This document shows, one piece after another, positions 51,280-64,000 of a stretch of DNA of 64,000 nucleotides. Origin of the DNA: Carpediemonas membranifera BICM (lineage: Eukaryota; Protista; Fornicata); contig JAHDYR010000053.1 of the NCBI GenBank assembly GCA_019828565.1, forward strand, positions 716,172 through 780,171, in the 5' to 3' direction. How positions within the stretch are numbered: the first letter of the stretch is position 1; each line of letters opens with the position of its first letter. The translations under genes were made by a program, and so were the position numbers. The notes beneath the pieces are model-generated. The model saw only the letters and a list, made by a program, of their open reading frames with translations. It was not told the origin of the DNA and made no database searches.

Positions 51280-53839
51280 TTACCATGTCCTTACTCCTCC
51301 TCCGTGGACTCCCCCACTGCCGCTGCAGCTGTCCTCGGCCTGACTCACTTGCTGTCCTTGTAGACTCTGCATTACCGTGATGAACTGGGTCATCAGGTCC
51401 ATGGGTGAGATCTGCTTGGCCTTCTTAGCCTTCTTGTGCTTGTGCCGGGGGATCGTGGGCTTCTCCTTGCTGGGCTTAGTCGCGACGCCGGAGAGCACCA
51501 ACCTTCCGTGGCCTTGCTCTTGCATGAGTCGGGCAGCCTTGAGCGCTGAGATCTCTTGTTGCGCCTCTGCCAACTGCTTTCGGAGCCGCAGCTTCTCCGA
51601 GTCCATGCCGGTTGCCTGTCTGCTTCCAGACTCCCAGTCCATGTCCTCTTCGTGCCTGCTTCTCTTTCCGCTGTCCGAGTCCATGATCCTACTCGTGCTG
51701 CCCTCCTTGCGCTTGAGCGTCGTGGAGGAAGAGTGATCCTTGCTGTTGTCCATGCCTCCCTCTGAGCCTCTACCGGCCCAGGTGTTCCCGCTGAACGAGC
51801 CTCTCATCTGCGTTCCCGTGTTGTCCTGTCTCTCCCTGTCGTCTCCTCCGTGGTTACGATCCGAGGTCCTGTTCATGTTACCAGCTCTGTCGCCGGTTCT
51901 GTCGTCAGCTCTGACACCAGCTCTACCGCCGGCTCCGTGTCCTACCCTTCTGTCCTCTTCCCTGTCTCCATGCTGGTCGTGATGTCCTTGATCCGCGTCC
52001 TGGCCGAAGTGCCTGCCCACCATCCTGGTGCTAATCCGCCTCGCCTTTTCCTCCAGGCCGTTGTCGAAGAACCTACTTTGGTATGGCTGTTCGGACTTTC
52101 CGTCGATGGTGGGGACATACGTGATGCCTGGGACATTGACTGTGTTGGCTCTGGGCTCGTCCGGGATAGCTGCCGAGACTAGTCTGGCCCCTTCCTTGCG
52201 CATGCGGCTTAGGATGGTCCCAGCCTCGCTGACCCTGACCATGCCCCAGTCTCTCGGGATGAAGCTCGCCCCTAGGGTGATCCTACCCCTGTTCCTGGGG
52301 GCCTTGACGTTGACTATGACCTTCTCATAGTCCCTGAGGCTCTCTGCTAGGTCGTCGCAGCCCCAGACTCCTTGATGAGCCGTAGCCTCCTTCGAGGGCC
52401 ACCACTCGTATAGCATGGCCATGGTTATGATGTCCTCCTCCCTTGCTGCCCCTAGGCCCTTCCTGACGCGTACCATGCGGAGCTGGTTAGCCGTGGCTCT
52501 TCCATGATGGTCCATAGCGGGCTTCTCTCCAGTACACCTTCGTTGTCCATGATTGTGAGGGGGGGCAGTAAGATGCCCTTCATGCCCAACAGAACCTCCC
52601 CGAACCCGAAGCCGATGCCGAAGCGGTGTCCGTTGTCCGGGACTACGAGGATCCTGTCGCCGACTTCCCTGCTGACGTCCCTTGCGTCCCCGATCGGGTA
52701 CGTGCCGAAGATCTCAAAGGTGTCCCTCCTTGTCGCGAATTCCGGGCCTCCCATGATATCCATGCCCGGCTCCGCCTTCCCGACTGCTTCCATGGTCTTG
52801 TCGAGTGCCTTACCCATGTAGTGGTAGACGTCTGGGGTGCTCATCCTCTCCTTGCATAGGGCCCTGATCCTGGCTGTGAAGACTACTGTATCCGCCAACC
52901 CACAGTGGTAGCAACCCGCGGTGTGTCTGTGGTACGGACAGACTCCCTTGGGCTCGCTCCTGTTCTGCCATCCATTTGACCATGTTGTTACTGCTTCCAG
53001 GTAGTTGGCCTTGTCGAGGTTGTCCCTGAGGTTTTGGCCAGCCTCCTCCTTGCCGTTGTTCTCCAGGATCTCTGGTAGCTTCTTCTCGTCCACCAGCCTA
53101 GCTTGGAAGAATTCCCTGGTTCCTTGCTCCAGTCCATTTGTGGGGTTCGTGAGGAGGAAGCTTTCCATCTCCACCCCCTTTGCATACATGATTATCTTCC
53201 AACCCTCCGACCTTTCGATCCTTGCCAGCTGAGCCGCCAGGCGGTTGGCCCAGTCCCTGAAAGTATGTATGTGCTTCTCATACTCGATCGGCGGCCGCCC
53301 CGTCCCGACCTCCACGAAGGTGGCCGGCGGCAGCCCCGTCACTGCCCATGCCGTGTACCTCGCTTGGTCCATGCTTGCTGCCGGTATGTCCTGGTAATAC
53401 AGGCCATGCCCGTGTCCAAGAATGTCCCCAGTGCTGAGGTCAAAGAGTACGATCCCGCCCTCAACCGGGATGGCAGGATCCCTGCCTTCTTGACGCCAGG
53501 GTCTGCGCACTCGAAGTCGATGGCTCCGATCACCAGTCGTTTCTCCTTGTCCTTTCTAGGCATCCTCGGCGGCTGGCTGCTGACCTTGTTTGAGTCGACC
53601 TCCTCGTCCTGGTCGATCTTGCCTTGGTTGGCCCCGACCATGTCCTTGTTCACTTCCAGGAGGCTGTCGTCGAGGCTTCTTCTGCCGGGCATGGTGGCCT
53701 GCTGGCGTCGTTCCTCCTTGTCCTTGACATGTTGCTCCTCGTCTCCGTCGATGACCGTGCTAGCGGACGACCTGTCCAGATCGGCATGTTCGTCCCTATT
53801 GCTGCGGACCGAGGTGGCCTTGAGCACTTCCAGCCTCAC
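51280..53839 (-). CDS. LINE ORF1 with Maelstrom-like DEDDh nuclease domain and basic/coiled-coil tail (two frameshifts)
   Basis: Joined frames give GAIDFEC...IPVEGGIV...VTGLP...CPYH...HCGLAD, followed by a low-complexity region and a coiled coil. Confidence 0.65.
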
Positions 53840-56800
53840 CTGAGTCCGTCTCGAACGGTGGTGCGCCGAGGTGTGACCTCACCATGGTGGTGAAAAGGTC
53901 GCCACGGATCGGCGTCGCATAGGAGAGGGGGGACAGGGCGGCTTCGGCCGCGAGAATCGGGGTCACCGGGGTCGACTCCACGATCGGGGCGACGGCTGCT
54001 GCATGGGCGCGAGAGATTTTTGTTAGGGTGCGCTGAAGGCCAGTCACGGGCTTGCCGTAGAGCTGGTCCATCCCACGAGGCCAGTCGATGGAGGTGTCGT
54101 TGGCGGCGAAGGTTGATTCGTCGGGGGTTCTGTCCCAGCCCACATCGTGCAGTTGGGCGGTTGCGGCTAGGTAAGCTGCGTCCCAGGTCATGCTCGGGGT
54201 GGGCAGGCGGAGGCCGTTATCGGAGAAATCGAGGCCGAGCCGGAGTGAGTTGTACTTCTCAGGGTCTAGGAGAAGAATTCTCGCAATCGCCGGCGTCAGG
54301 ACGTTGGACTCGAAGTTTCGTATGGTCTCACGGTGTTGGGCTGGATCGACAGATCTCATCAAAAATGAAAGCTTCGGCAGAATACACGAACGGATAAGAT
54401 TCAGAGCAACGGACGTCCCATCCGTTCCAATGTCTTCAACCATCGACACCACACTAAGCAACATCTGTTTCTGCTCGTCTAGCTTCGTCATGAGCTGCAT
54501 CCGTTCCGCTTCGATGCCGCCAATGGGAATTCCCACGATTACTCCAGTTGGCGAGCACGTAACGCGAACAGTACGTGCATTCTGCGGCGCGGATGCACAA
54601 ATCCACTGGCATTTAGCCGGTTTCATTGTTACGCCAATTTGTCGGAAAGCTTCACAAGCTCCATCGAAAAAGCCCTGGATGGCGCCGCTAGTCGTCCCCG
54701 GGGGGCAATCCATGTGACGTCGTCCTGGTAGGCAACCCACTCGCCGCCCCATTTCGTCTTCAGCGTGTCGATGATTGGCCGCATGGCCAGCGTGAACAGA
54801 ATGGGGGACAGTGGGTCTCCTTGAGCGATGCCCTCTAGGGACTCGACGACGCGGCCGGACGGCAGAACCAGCCTTCCATTGCCATATACGGCGTCAAAGT
54901 ACGGGATCGCAACAGGGCAGGCCGCGGCGGCTGTGGACCTCAACAATTTGCGGGGCATGGTGCCGTACGCATTGCTGAGATCAACGGCGCAGATGCTTTG
55001 GCCACGGGAATACGCTTCTTGCAGGCGCAGACCCATAACTTCTGTGCCGCACGACTCACCCCGCCCGTACTGGTCATCGAGGAGAGGGTCATCCGCGAGG
55101 GACGCGGTAACCGCCTTGGCTAGTAGCTTGGCTGCTACTCGACGAAGGGCCTCTCCCATGGCGATGGGCCGGACCTCGTCGGGTTTGCCAGGCTTGGGCA
55201 GTGGGACGAGGCGGGAGTGGGCCAGAACGTTTGTGTACGGGACGCCTTCGGCCACATCGACAAGTAGTGGCTTCAGGGCAAGGGCGAAGGCTTCTGGCTT
55301 GTGTCTAGCGGCGAGCTTCAAGTGGAGGAAGCTCATGCCCGACGGACCGGGAGCCGAGTCGGCCGGAAGACTGCTCAGGACATCGATGATGTCCCGAGTT
55401 TCGAACTCTACCGAGGTGAGCGGGGCGAGGGGATGGCGGATTGGGAGGTCATCAAGACTGCCTTGGAAGGGGTCAGCTTGCATCCGAACCATCTTCTCCT
55501 CTGCTTCGGCTGGGGTCATCTGCAGTTCTTCCGAGACCAGGGCACTCATGGACTTGCTGTAGTACCCTCGTCTGGCGTGCTGGTAGGCGAGTCGGCTTCT
55601 CGACGTGCTTCCCACCTGATTATGGCGGGTCCTCCGGGGGCGAAGTGCTGTTTGTGGGTGCAGCATCACGTCGATGAGACGATCGCGCTTGTCTTCATCT
55701 CTGGCTGCCGCGCAGGCGGTGACCTTTCCGATGAGGGCACGGACATAACCCTTGGTTCCCCTCCGCGTCGGTCGGCTGCGGCCGATGCGAGCCACGTCGG
55801 CGGGGTCTGGAAGGAACCCAAGAGGTCTTGTAGGCGCTCGGGTCTGCCTATTGTTGGTGGCCTGTGTTGCAGGGTGCGCCAATATAGCAGGGAGCGGCAG
55901 CCCCAGAGCGATGTGCGCTGCGGCCGCAACACGGCGTGAGCCATGTTTGGCCACAATCCCGTTCGACGGGAACCGGCGCGAGAAGTGGGGGGGCAGGGTT
56001 AGGCCGCCTGCGGCACGCAGGAGACACGTCTCAATCTCGATGGCTTGCGCCTTCGTGAGGTGCCTCCTGCGCTCCGTCCCCATGGCTCGCTCGAGCGCGG
56101 GGGGCGAGAGAAGCGTCTGGCGGACTGTGTCGGCATCACGCCAGAGCTCTTCCCGCAGGTCCGGGTGGATGGCGTCCCGTAGGTCACGAGCGAAGGCTGC
56201 GATAGCCTGGTTCACTCGGACCGTTGGTACGTCCATCCCCCGGTGGTTGGTGTCAGCCACGCTTTGGCCGCCAGGCATGGGGAGCGGGTGCCCCGTTATG
56301 TCTAGGCTGGACATTCGTGGGCCGACTGGTCTCCCTCGCTGTCGTTAGGTCTAGGCACGATGCCTGTCTCCTGTGACTGGGCGGGGGTGGGTGGTCCTGA
56401 GCCGAGAGGTGGACTTATCGGGGGTATAAGCTCCGCGATCATCATCTCCTCCCTCTCGATTTGCGTTCCTGATGTTTGGTGGGCTGACGCAACGGGTCCG
56501 TTGTCAATCTCATCGATGGTGGAGAGCCGTGGGCATCCCGCCGCCCGTAGTTGCTCTAGTAGAGCCCTGCGGCGGCCTAGGGATAGCGTATGGTCACGGC
56601 CCTCTGTGTCTATACGGATTCGCGAGTCCATTCGGTGCATCAGGAATTGGACGGGATGCGGCGGTAGGTTCCTGATCAACTGGATTGAGCTTAGTACTTG
56701 GTGTAATCTCTGCTTGAAGTCTCGGTTTGAGGGCCTCTGGATCACTGGGAAGAGCGGACTCACAGTGGCAATGAGTTCTTCGGAGACTCTCTTGGTGAAG

Positions 56801-57036
56801 CGCTCGGGACGTCCTCTATCTTGAATGAACAGCTTTTTCACAAGCTCTACATCGTTATAGAGGCGGCGGACTTTCTGGTACGAGGACCAGTGTTCGGCAA
56901 AGAGAGATTTTTGGTACATGCTTACCAAACAGAATGCGCACGGCGTCGAAGATCTGGGAAACAGGATCTTCGAGCTGGATAGTTCCTTCAGTCCCGCTCA
57001 GAAGCCGCTCCACGACTTCTTTGCTGACAAAGACTG

Positions 57037-60000
57037 AGACTACCATCGCCGTTTAATAGGTCGAAAACCTCCTTTCACGCTGCGTCCAGAGACGTTCGCG
57101 CCTGTATTCCCGCGCCTGTGTCGACTTAGATGTGTCACCTGTGGGCATCCCTTGTTCGGCTCCTCCGGCTGCTCCCGCAGCCTCGTCGCCGGCCCCCTCG
57201 GCCTTTCCACACGCGAGATGAGATTCCAGCACAAATTATTCCCGCAGCCAGTCCTGCGCTGTGGCCCGCTCGAACTGCGTGACGTAATCCGAGTAGATCT
57301 GGACGTTGCCGTTCCAGATGCAGCGCATCACTTCCTGCTCCAGGAAGCGGCCGGCCCCCACACTCAGGCCGACCATCTTACACAATCTCACACACCAGGA
57401 CTCGCCCTGGTCATCACTGCACGCTTCGCCAGTGATCTCGCAGGCGGCCGTCAGTAGCTCGGCTGACCAGTTGTGGTACTGCGCGGACTTGTCTGACTCG
57501 GCGTTGGCCTGATCCTTCGAGATCACCACGTCGATGATGATGGGCTCGTTGGCGACCCTGCCCGTGGGAGAGCGACGCAGCGGGACATAGACGTCGGCGC
57601 GAGCGTTACTCTGGTAGGCTGGGTCGGCCGAGTAGCCGCGGGTGCGACTGTTCAAGGCGAACTCCTTGCGGGCAAGCACGTCGTTACTCCACAGGAAGGA
57701 GCGCACGCAGTCACGAACTAGGTCATGACGCATGGTCCTGGCACCCTCCAGGAGCTTAGGACAGGACAACGTGTGCTGCCACGACACATTCGAGTTACCG
57801 CAGAGCGGGCAGCGGACGGTTGAGTCCGTCTCGAACGGTGGTGCGCCGAGGTGTGACCTCACCATGGTGGTGAAAAGGTCGCCACGGATCGGCGTCGCAT
57901 AGGAGAGGGGGACAGGGCGGCTTCGGCCGCGAGAATCGGGGTCACCGGGGTCGACTCCACGATCGGGGCGACGGCTGCTGCATGGGCGCGAGAGATTTTT
58001 GTTAGGGTGCGCTGAAGGCCAGTCACGGGCTTGCCGTAGAGCTGGTCCATCCCACGAGGCCAGTCGATGGAGGTGTCGTTGGCGGCGAAGGTTGATTCGT
58101 CGGGGGTTCTGTCCCAGCCCACATCGTGCAGTTGGGCGGTTGCGGCTAGGTAAGCTGCGTCCCAGGTCATGCTCGGGGTGGGCAGGCGGAGGCCGTTATC
58201 GGAGAAATCGAGGCCGAGCCGGAGTGAGTTGTACTTCTCAGGGTCTAGGAGAAGAATTCTCGCAATCGCCGGCGTCAGGACGTTGGACTCGAAGTTTCGT
58301 ATGGTCTCACGGTGTTGGGCTGGATCGACAGATCTCATCAAAAATGAAAGCTTCGGCAGAATACACGAACGGATAAGATTCAGAGCAACGGACGTCCCAT
58401 CCGTTCCAATGTCTTCAACCATCGACACCACACTAAGCAACATCTGTTTCTGCTCGTCTAGCTTCGTCATGAGCTGCATCCGTTCCGCTTCGATGCCGCC
58501 AATGGGAATTCCCACGATTACTCCAGTTGGCGAGCACGTAACGCGAACAGTACGTGCATTCTGCGGCGCGGATGCACAAATCCACTGGCATTTAGCCGGT
58601 TTCATTGTTACGCCAATTTGTCGGAAAGCTTCACAAGCTCCATCGAAAAAGCCCTGGATGGCGCCGCTAGTCGTCCCCGGGGGGGCAATCCATGTGACGT
58701 CGTCCTGGTAGGCAACCCACTCGCCGCCCCATTTCGTCTTCAGCGTGTCGATGATTGGCCGCATGGCCAGCGTGAACAGAATGGGGGACAGTGGGTCTCC
58801 TTGAGCGATGCCCTCTAGGGACTCGACGACGCGGCCGGACGGCAGAACCAGCCTTCCATTGCCATATACGGCGTCAAAGTACGGGATCGCAACAGGGCAG
58901 GCCGCGGCGGCTGTGGACCTCAACAATTTGCGGGGCATGGTGCCGTACGCATTGCTGAGATCAACGGCGCAGATGCTTTGGCCACGGGAATACGCTTCTT
59001 GCAGGCGCAGACCCATAACTTCTGTGCCGCACGACTCACCCCGCCCGTACTGGTCATCGAGGAGAGGGTCATCCGCGAGGGACGCGGTAACCGCCTTGGC
59101 TAGTAGCTTGGCTGCTACTCGACGAAGGGCCTCTCCCATGGCGATGGGCCGGACCTCGTCGGGTTTGCCAGGCTTGGGCAGTGGGACGAGGCGGGAGTGG
59201 GCCAGAACGTTTGTGTACGGGACGCCTTCGGCCACATCGACAAGTAGTGGCTTCAGGGCAAGGGCGAAGGCTTCTGGCTTGTGTCTAGCGGCGAGCTTCA
59301 AGTGGAGGAAGCTCATGCCCGACGGACCGGGAGCCGAGTCGGCCGGAAGACTGCTCAGGACATCGATGATGTCCCGAGTTTCGAACTCTACCGAGGTGAG
59401 CGGGGCGAGGGGATGGCGGATTGGGAGGTCATCAAGACTGCCTTGGAAGGGGTCAGCTTGCATCCGAACCATCTTCTCCTCTGCTTCGGCTGGGGTCATC
59501 TGCAGTTCTTCCGAGACCAGGGCACTCATGGACTTGCTGTAGTACCCTCGTCTGGCGTGCTGGTAGGCGAGTCGGCTTCTCGACGTGCTTCCCACCTGAT
59601 TATGGCGGGTCCTCCGGGGGGCGAAGTGCTGTTTGTGGGTGCAGCATCACGTCGATGAGACGATCGCGCTTGTCCTCATCTCTGGCTGCCGCGCAGGCGG
59701 TGACCTTTCCGATGAGGGCACGGACATAACCCTTGGTTCCCCTCCGCGTCGGTCGGCTGCGGCCGATGCGAGCCACGTCGGCGGGGTCTGGAAGGAACCC
59801 AAGAGGTCTTGTAGGCGCTCGGGTCTGCCTATTGTTGGTGGCCTGTGTTGCAGGGTGCGCCAATATAGCAGGGAGCGGCAGCCCCAGAGCGATGTGCGCT
59901 GCGGCCGCAACACGGCGTGAGCCATGTTTGGCCACAATCCCGTTCGACGGGAACCGGCGCGAGAAGTGGGGGGGCAGGGTTAGGCCGCCTGCGGCACGCA

Positions 60001-61017
60001 GGAGACACGTCTCAATCTCGATGGCTTGCGCCTTCGTGAGGTGCCTCCTGCGCTCCGTCCCCATGGCTCGCTCGAGCGCGGGGGGGCGAGAAGCGTCTGG
60101 CGGACTGTGTCGGCATCACGCCAGAGCTCTTCCCGCAGGTCCGGGTGGATGGCGTCCCGTAGGTCACGAGCGAAGGCTGCGATAGCCTGGTTCACTCGGA
60201 CCGTTGGTACGTCCATCCCCCGGTGGTTGGTGTCAGCCACGCTTTGGCCGCCAGGCATGGGAGCGGGTGCCTCGTTATGTCTAGGCTGGACATTCGTGGG
60301 CCGACTGGTCTCCCTCGCTGTCGTTAGGTCTAGGCACGATGCCTGTCTCCTGTGACTGGGCGGGGGTGGGTGGTCCTGAGCCGAGAGGTGGACTTATCGG
60401 GGGGTATAAGCTCCGCGATCATCATCTCCTCCCTCTCGATTTGCGTTCCTGATGTTTGGTGGGCTGACGCAACGGGTCCGTTGTCAATCTCATCGATGGT
60501 GGAGAGCCGTGGGCATCCCGCCGCCCGTAGTTGCTCTAGTAGAGCCCTGCGGCGGCCTAGGGATAGCGTATGGTCACGGCCCTCTGTGTCTATACGGATT
60601 CGCGAGTCCATTCGGTGCATCAGGAATTGGACGGGATGCGGCGGTAGGTTCCTGATCAACTGGATTGAGCTTAGTACTTGGTGTAATCTCTGCTTGAAGT
60701 CTCGGTTTGAGGGCCTCTGGATCACTGGGAAGAGCGGACTCACAGTGGCAATGAGTTCTTCGGAGACTCTCTTGGTGAAGCGCTCGGGACGTCCTCTATC
60801 TTGAATGAACAGCTTTTTTTCACAAGCTCTACATCGTTAAAGAGGCGGCGGACTTTCTGGTACGAGGACCAGTGTTCGGCAAAGAGAGATTTTGGTACAT
60901 GCTTACCAAACAGAATGCGCACGGCGTCGAAGATCTGGGAAACAGGATCTTCGAGCTGGATAGTTCCTTCAGTCCCGCTCAGAAGCCGCTCCACGACTTC
61001 TTTGCTGACAAAGACTG
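57037..61017 (-). mobile_element. CRE-like retrotransposon, copy 4
   Basis: Near-identical tandem copy with the same junctions. Confidence 0.93.
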
Positions 61018-64000
61018 AGACTACCATCGCCGTTTAATAGGTCGAAAACCTCCTTTCACGCTGCGTCCAGAGACGTTCGCGCCTGTATTCCCGCGCCTGT
61101 GTCGACTTAGATGTGTCACCTGTGGGCATCCCTTGTTCGGCTCCTCCGGCTGCTCCCGCAGCCTCGTCGCCGGCCCCCCTCGGCCTCTCCACACGCGAGA
61201 TGAGATTCCAGCACAAATTATTCCCGCAGCCAGTCCTGCGCTGTGGCCCGCTCGAACTGCGTGACGTAATCCGAGTAGATCTGGACGTTGCCGTTCCAGA
61301 TGCAGCGCATCACTTCCTGCTCCAGGAAGCGGCCGGCCCCACACTCAGGCCGACCATCTTACACAATCTCACACACCAGGACTCGCCCTGGTCATCACTG
61401 CACGCTTCGCCAGTGATCTCGCAGGCGGCCGTCAGTAGCTCGGCTGACCAGTTGTGGTACTGCGCGGACTTGTCTGACTCGGCGTTGGCCTGATCCTTCG
61501 AGATCACCACGTCGATGATGATGGGCTCGTTGGCGACCCTGCCCGTGGGAGAGCGACGCAGCGGGACATAGACGTCGGCGCGAGCGTTACTCTGGTAGGC
61601 TGGGTCGGCCGAGTAGCCGCGGGTGCGACTGTTCAAGGCGAACTCCTTGCGGGCAAGCACGTCGTTACTCCACAGGAAGGAGCGCACGCAGTCACGAACT
61701 AGGTCATGACGCATGGTCCTGGCACCCTCCAGGAGCTTAGGACAGGACAACGTGTGCTGCCACGACACATTCGAGTTACCGCAGAGCGGGCAGCGGACGG
61801 TTGAGTCCGTCTCGAACGGTGGTGCGCCGAGGTGTGACCTCACCATGGTGGTGAAAAAGGTCGCCACGGATCGGCGTCGCATAGGAGAGGGGGACAGGGC
61901 GGCTTCGGCCGCGAGAATCAGGGTCACCGGGGTCGACTCCACGATCGGGGCGACGGCTGCTGCATGGGCGCGAGATTTTTTTGTTAGGGTGCGCTGAAGG
62001 CCAGTCACGGGCTTGCCGTAGAGCTGGTCCATCCCACGAGGCCAGTCGATGGAGGTGTCGTTGGCGGCGAAGGTTGATTCGTCGGGGGTTCTGTCCCAGC
62101 CCACATCGTGCAGTTGGGCGGTTGCGGCTAGGTAAGCTGCGTCCCAGGTCATGCTCGGGGTGGGCAGGCGGAGAGCCGTTATCGGAGAAATCGAGGCCGA
62201 GCCGGAGTGAGTTGTACTTCTCAGGGTCTAGGAGAAGAATTCTCGCAATCGCCGGCGTCAGGACGTTGGACTCGAAGTTTCGTATGGTCTCACGGTGTTG
62301 GGCTGGATCGATAGATCTCATCAAAAAAATGAAAGCTTCGGCAGAATACACGAACGGATAAGATTCAGAGCAACGGACGTCCCATCCGTTCCAATGTCTT
62401 CAACCATCGACACCACACTAAGCAACATCTGTTTCTGCTCGTCTAGCTTCGTCATGAGCTGCATCCGTTCCGCTTCGATGCCGCCAATGGGAATTCCCAC
62501 GATTACTCCAGTTGGCGAGCACGTAACGCGAACAGTACGTGCATTCTGCGGCGCGGATGCACAAATCCACTGGCATTTAGCCGGTTTCATTGTTACGCCA
62601 ATTTGTCGGAAAGCTTCACAAGCTCCATCGAAAAAGCCCTGGATGGCGCCGCTAGTCGTCCCCGGGGGGGCAATCCATGTGACGTCGTCCTGGTAGGCAA
62701 CCCACTCGCCGCCCCATTTCGTCTTCAGCGTGTCGATGATTGGCCGCATGGCCAGCGTGAACAGAATGGGGGACAGTGGGTCTCCTTGAGCGATGCCCTC
62801 TAGGGACTCGACGACGCGGCCGGACGGCAGAACCAGCCTTCCATTGCCATATACGGCGTCAAAGTACGGGATCGCAACAGGGCAGGCCGCGGCGGCTGTG
62901 GACCTCAACAATTTGCGGGGGCATGGTGCCGTACGCATTGCTGAGATCAACGGCGCAGATGCTTTGGCCACGGGAATACGCTTCTTGCAGGCGCAGACCC
63001 ATAACTTCTGTGCCGCACGACTCACCCCGCCCGTACTGGTCATCGAGGAGAGGGTCATCCGCGAGGGACGCGGTAACCGCCTTGGCTAGTAGCTTGGCTG
63101 CTACTCGACGAAGGGCCTCTCCCATGGCGATGGGCCGGACCTCGTCGGGTTTGCCAGGCTTGGGCAGTGGGACGAGGCGGGGAGTGGGCCAGAACGTTTG
63201 TGTACGGGACGCCTTCGGCCACATCGACAAGTAGTGGCTTCAGGGCAAGGGCGAAGGCTTCTGGCTTGTGTCTGGCGGCGAGCTTCAAGTGGAGGAAGCT
63301 CATGCCCGACGGACCGGGAGCCGAGTCGGCCGGAAGACTGCTCAGGACATCGATGATGTCCCGAGTTTCGAACTCTACCGAGGTGAGGCGGGGCGAGGGG
63401 ATGGCGGATTGGGGAGGTCATCAAGACTGCCTTGGAAGGGGTCAGCTTGCATCCGAACCATCTTCTCCTCTGCTTCGGCTGGGGTCATCTGCAGTTCTTC
63501 CGAGACCAGGGCACTCATGGACTTGCTGTAGTACCCTCGTCTGGCGTGCTGGTAGGCGAGTCGGCTTCTCGACGTGCTTCCCACCTGATTATGGCGGGTC
63601 CTCCGGGGGCGAAGTGCTGTTTGTGGGTGCAGCATCACGTCGATGAGACGATCGCGCTTGTCCTCATCTCTGGCTGCCGCGCAGGTGGTGACCTTTCCGA
63701 TGAGGGCACGGACATAACCCTTGGTTCCCCTCCGCGTCGGTCGGCTGCGGCCGATGCGAGCCACGTCAGCGGGGTCTGGAAGGAACCCAAGAGGTCTTGT
63801 AGGCGCTCGGGTCTGCCTATTGTTGGTGGCCTGTGTTGCAGGGTGCGCCAATATAGCAGGGAGCGGCAGCCCCAAACGATGTGCGCTGCGGCCGCAACAC
63901 GGCGTGAGCCATGTTTAGCCACAATCCCGTTCGACGGGAACCGGCGCGAGAAGTGGGGGGGCAGGGTTAGGCCGCCTGCGGCACGCAGGAGGCACGTCTC
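61018..64000 (-). mobile_element. CRE-like retrotransposon, copy 5 (runs off the window)
   Basis: Same sequence with more homopolymer indels. Confidence 0.92.

Larger units (their letters stand above)
46601..53840 (-). mobile_element. Nested APE-type non-LTR retrotransposon (LINE), 7240 bp, probably 5'-truncated
   Basis: TSD tgagtccgtctcgaacgg at 46583-46600 and 53841-53858. 3' tail (TTTC)-like. Contains ORF1 and an APE-RT-CCHC ORF2. Confidence 0.93.
45799..57036 (-). mobile_element. CRE-like retrotransposon, copy 3, interrupted by a nested LINE
   Basis: Element sequence at 45799-46600 resumes at 53841 after an 18-bp duplication. Confidence 0.92.

Noticed and set aside
37844-64000. LTR or CRISPR-like interpretation of the recurring junction sequence
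   Set aside because: The repeats are whole ~4-kb elements with a tRNA-derived junction. There are no unique spacers, integrase or LTR pairs.

Overview
Gene-dense eukaryotic DNA with very short spliceosomal introns (29-56 nt, several ending CTAAC-ACAG), consistent with a metamonad/fornicate-like protist (inference). Bases 1-37.4 kb hold mostly housekeeping genes: IST1, TTC30/IFT70, RPL23A, RPL7, CCDC40-like, TERT, TAF7, LAS1, RNASEH2B, eIF6 and ALG7/DPAGT1. Among them sit several unusual items. An AFG2/Cdc48-like AAA ATPase has an intein in its Walker A motif. One ORF fuses a kinase, a PARP-like ADP-ribosyltransferase and LRRs. A Fanzor/TnpB-like locus has a hairpin-rich putative omegaRNA and is bracketed by a 43-bp direct repeat, and a second 5'-truncated Fanzor remnant lies about 12 kb away. 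From 37.8 kb to the window end runs a head-to-tail array of at least five ~3.98-kb CRE-like (RT + restriction-like endonuclease) non-LTR retrotransposons inserted at the 5' end of a tRNA-His gene. Every junction repeats the first 14 nt of the tRNA, the tRNA stays intact, and that duplicated tRNA sequence supplies the element's only start codon. One copy is interrupted by a 7.24-kb APE-type LINE (18-bp TSD) whose ORF1 carries a Maelstrom-like DEDDh nuclease domain. Many frameshifts fall in homopolymers and are probably long-read assembly errors.
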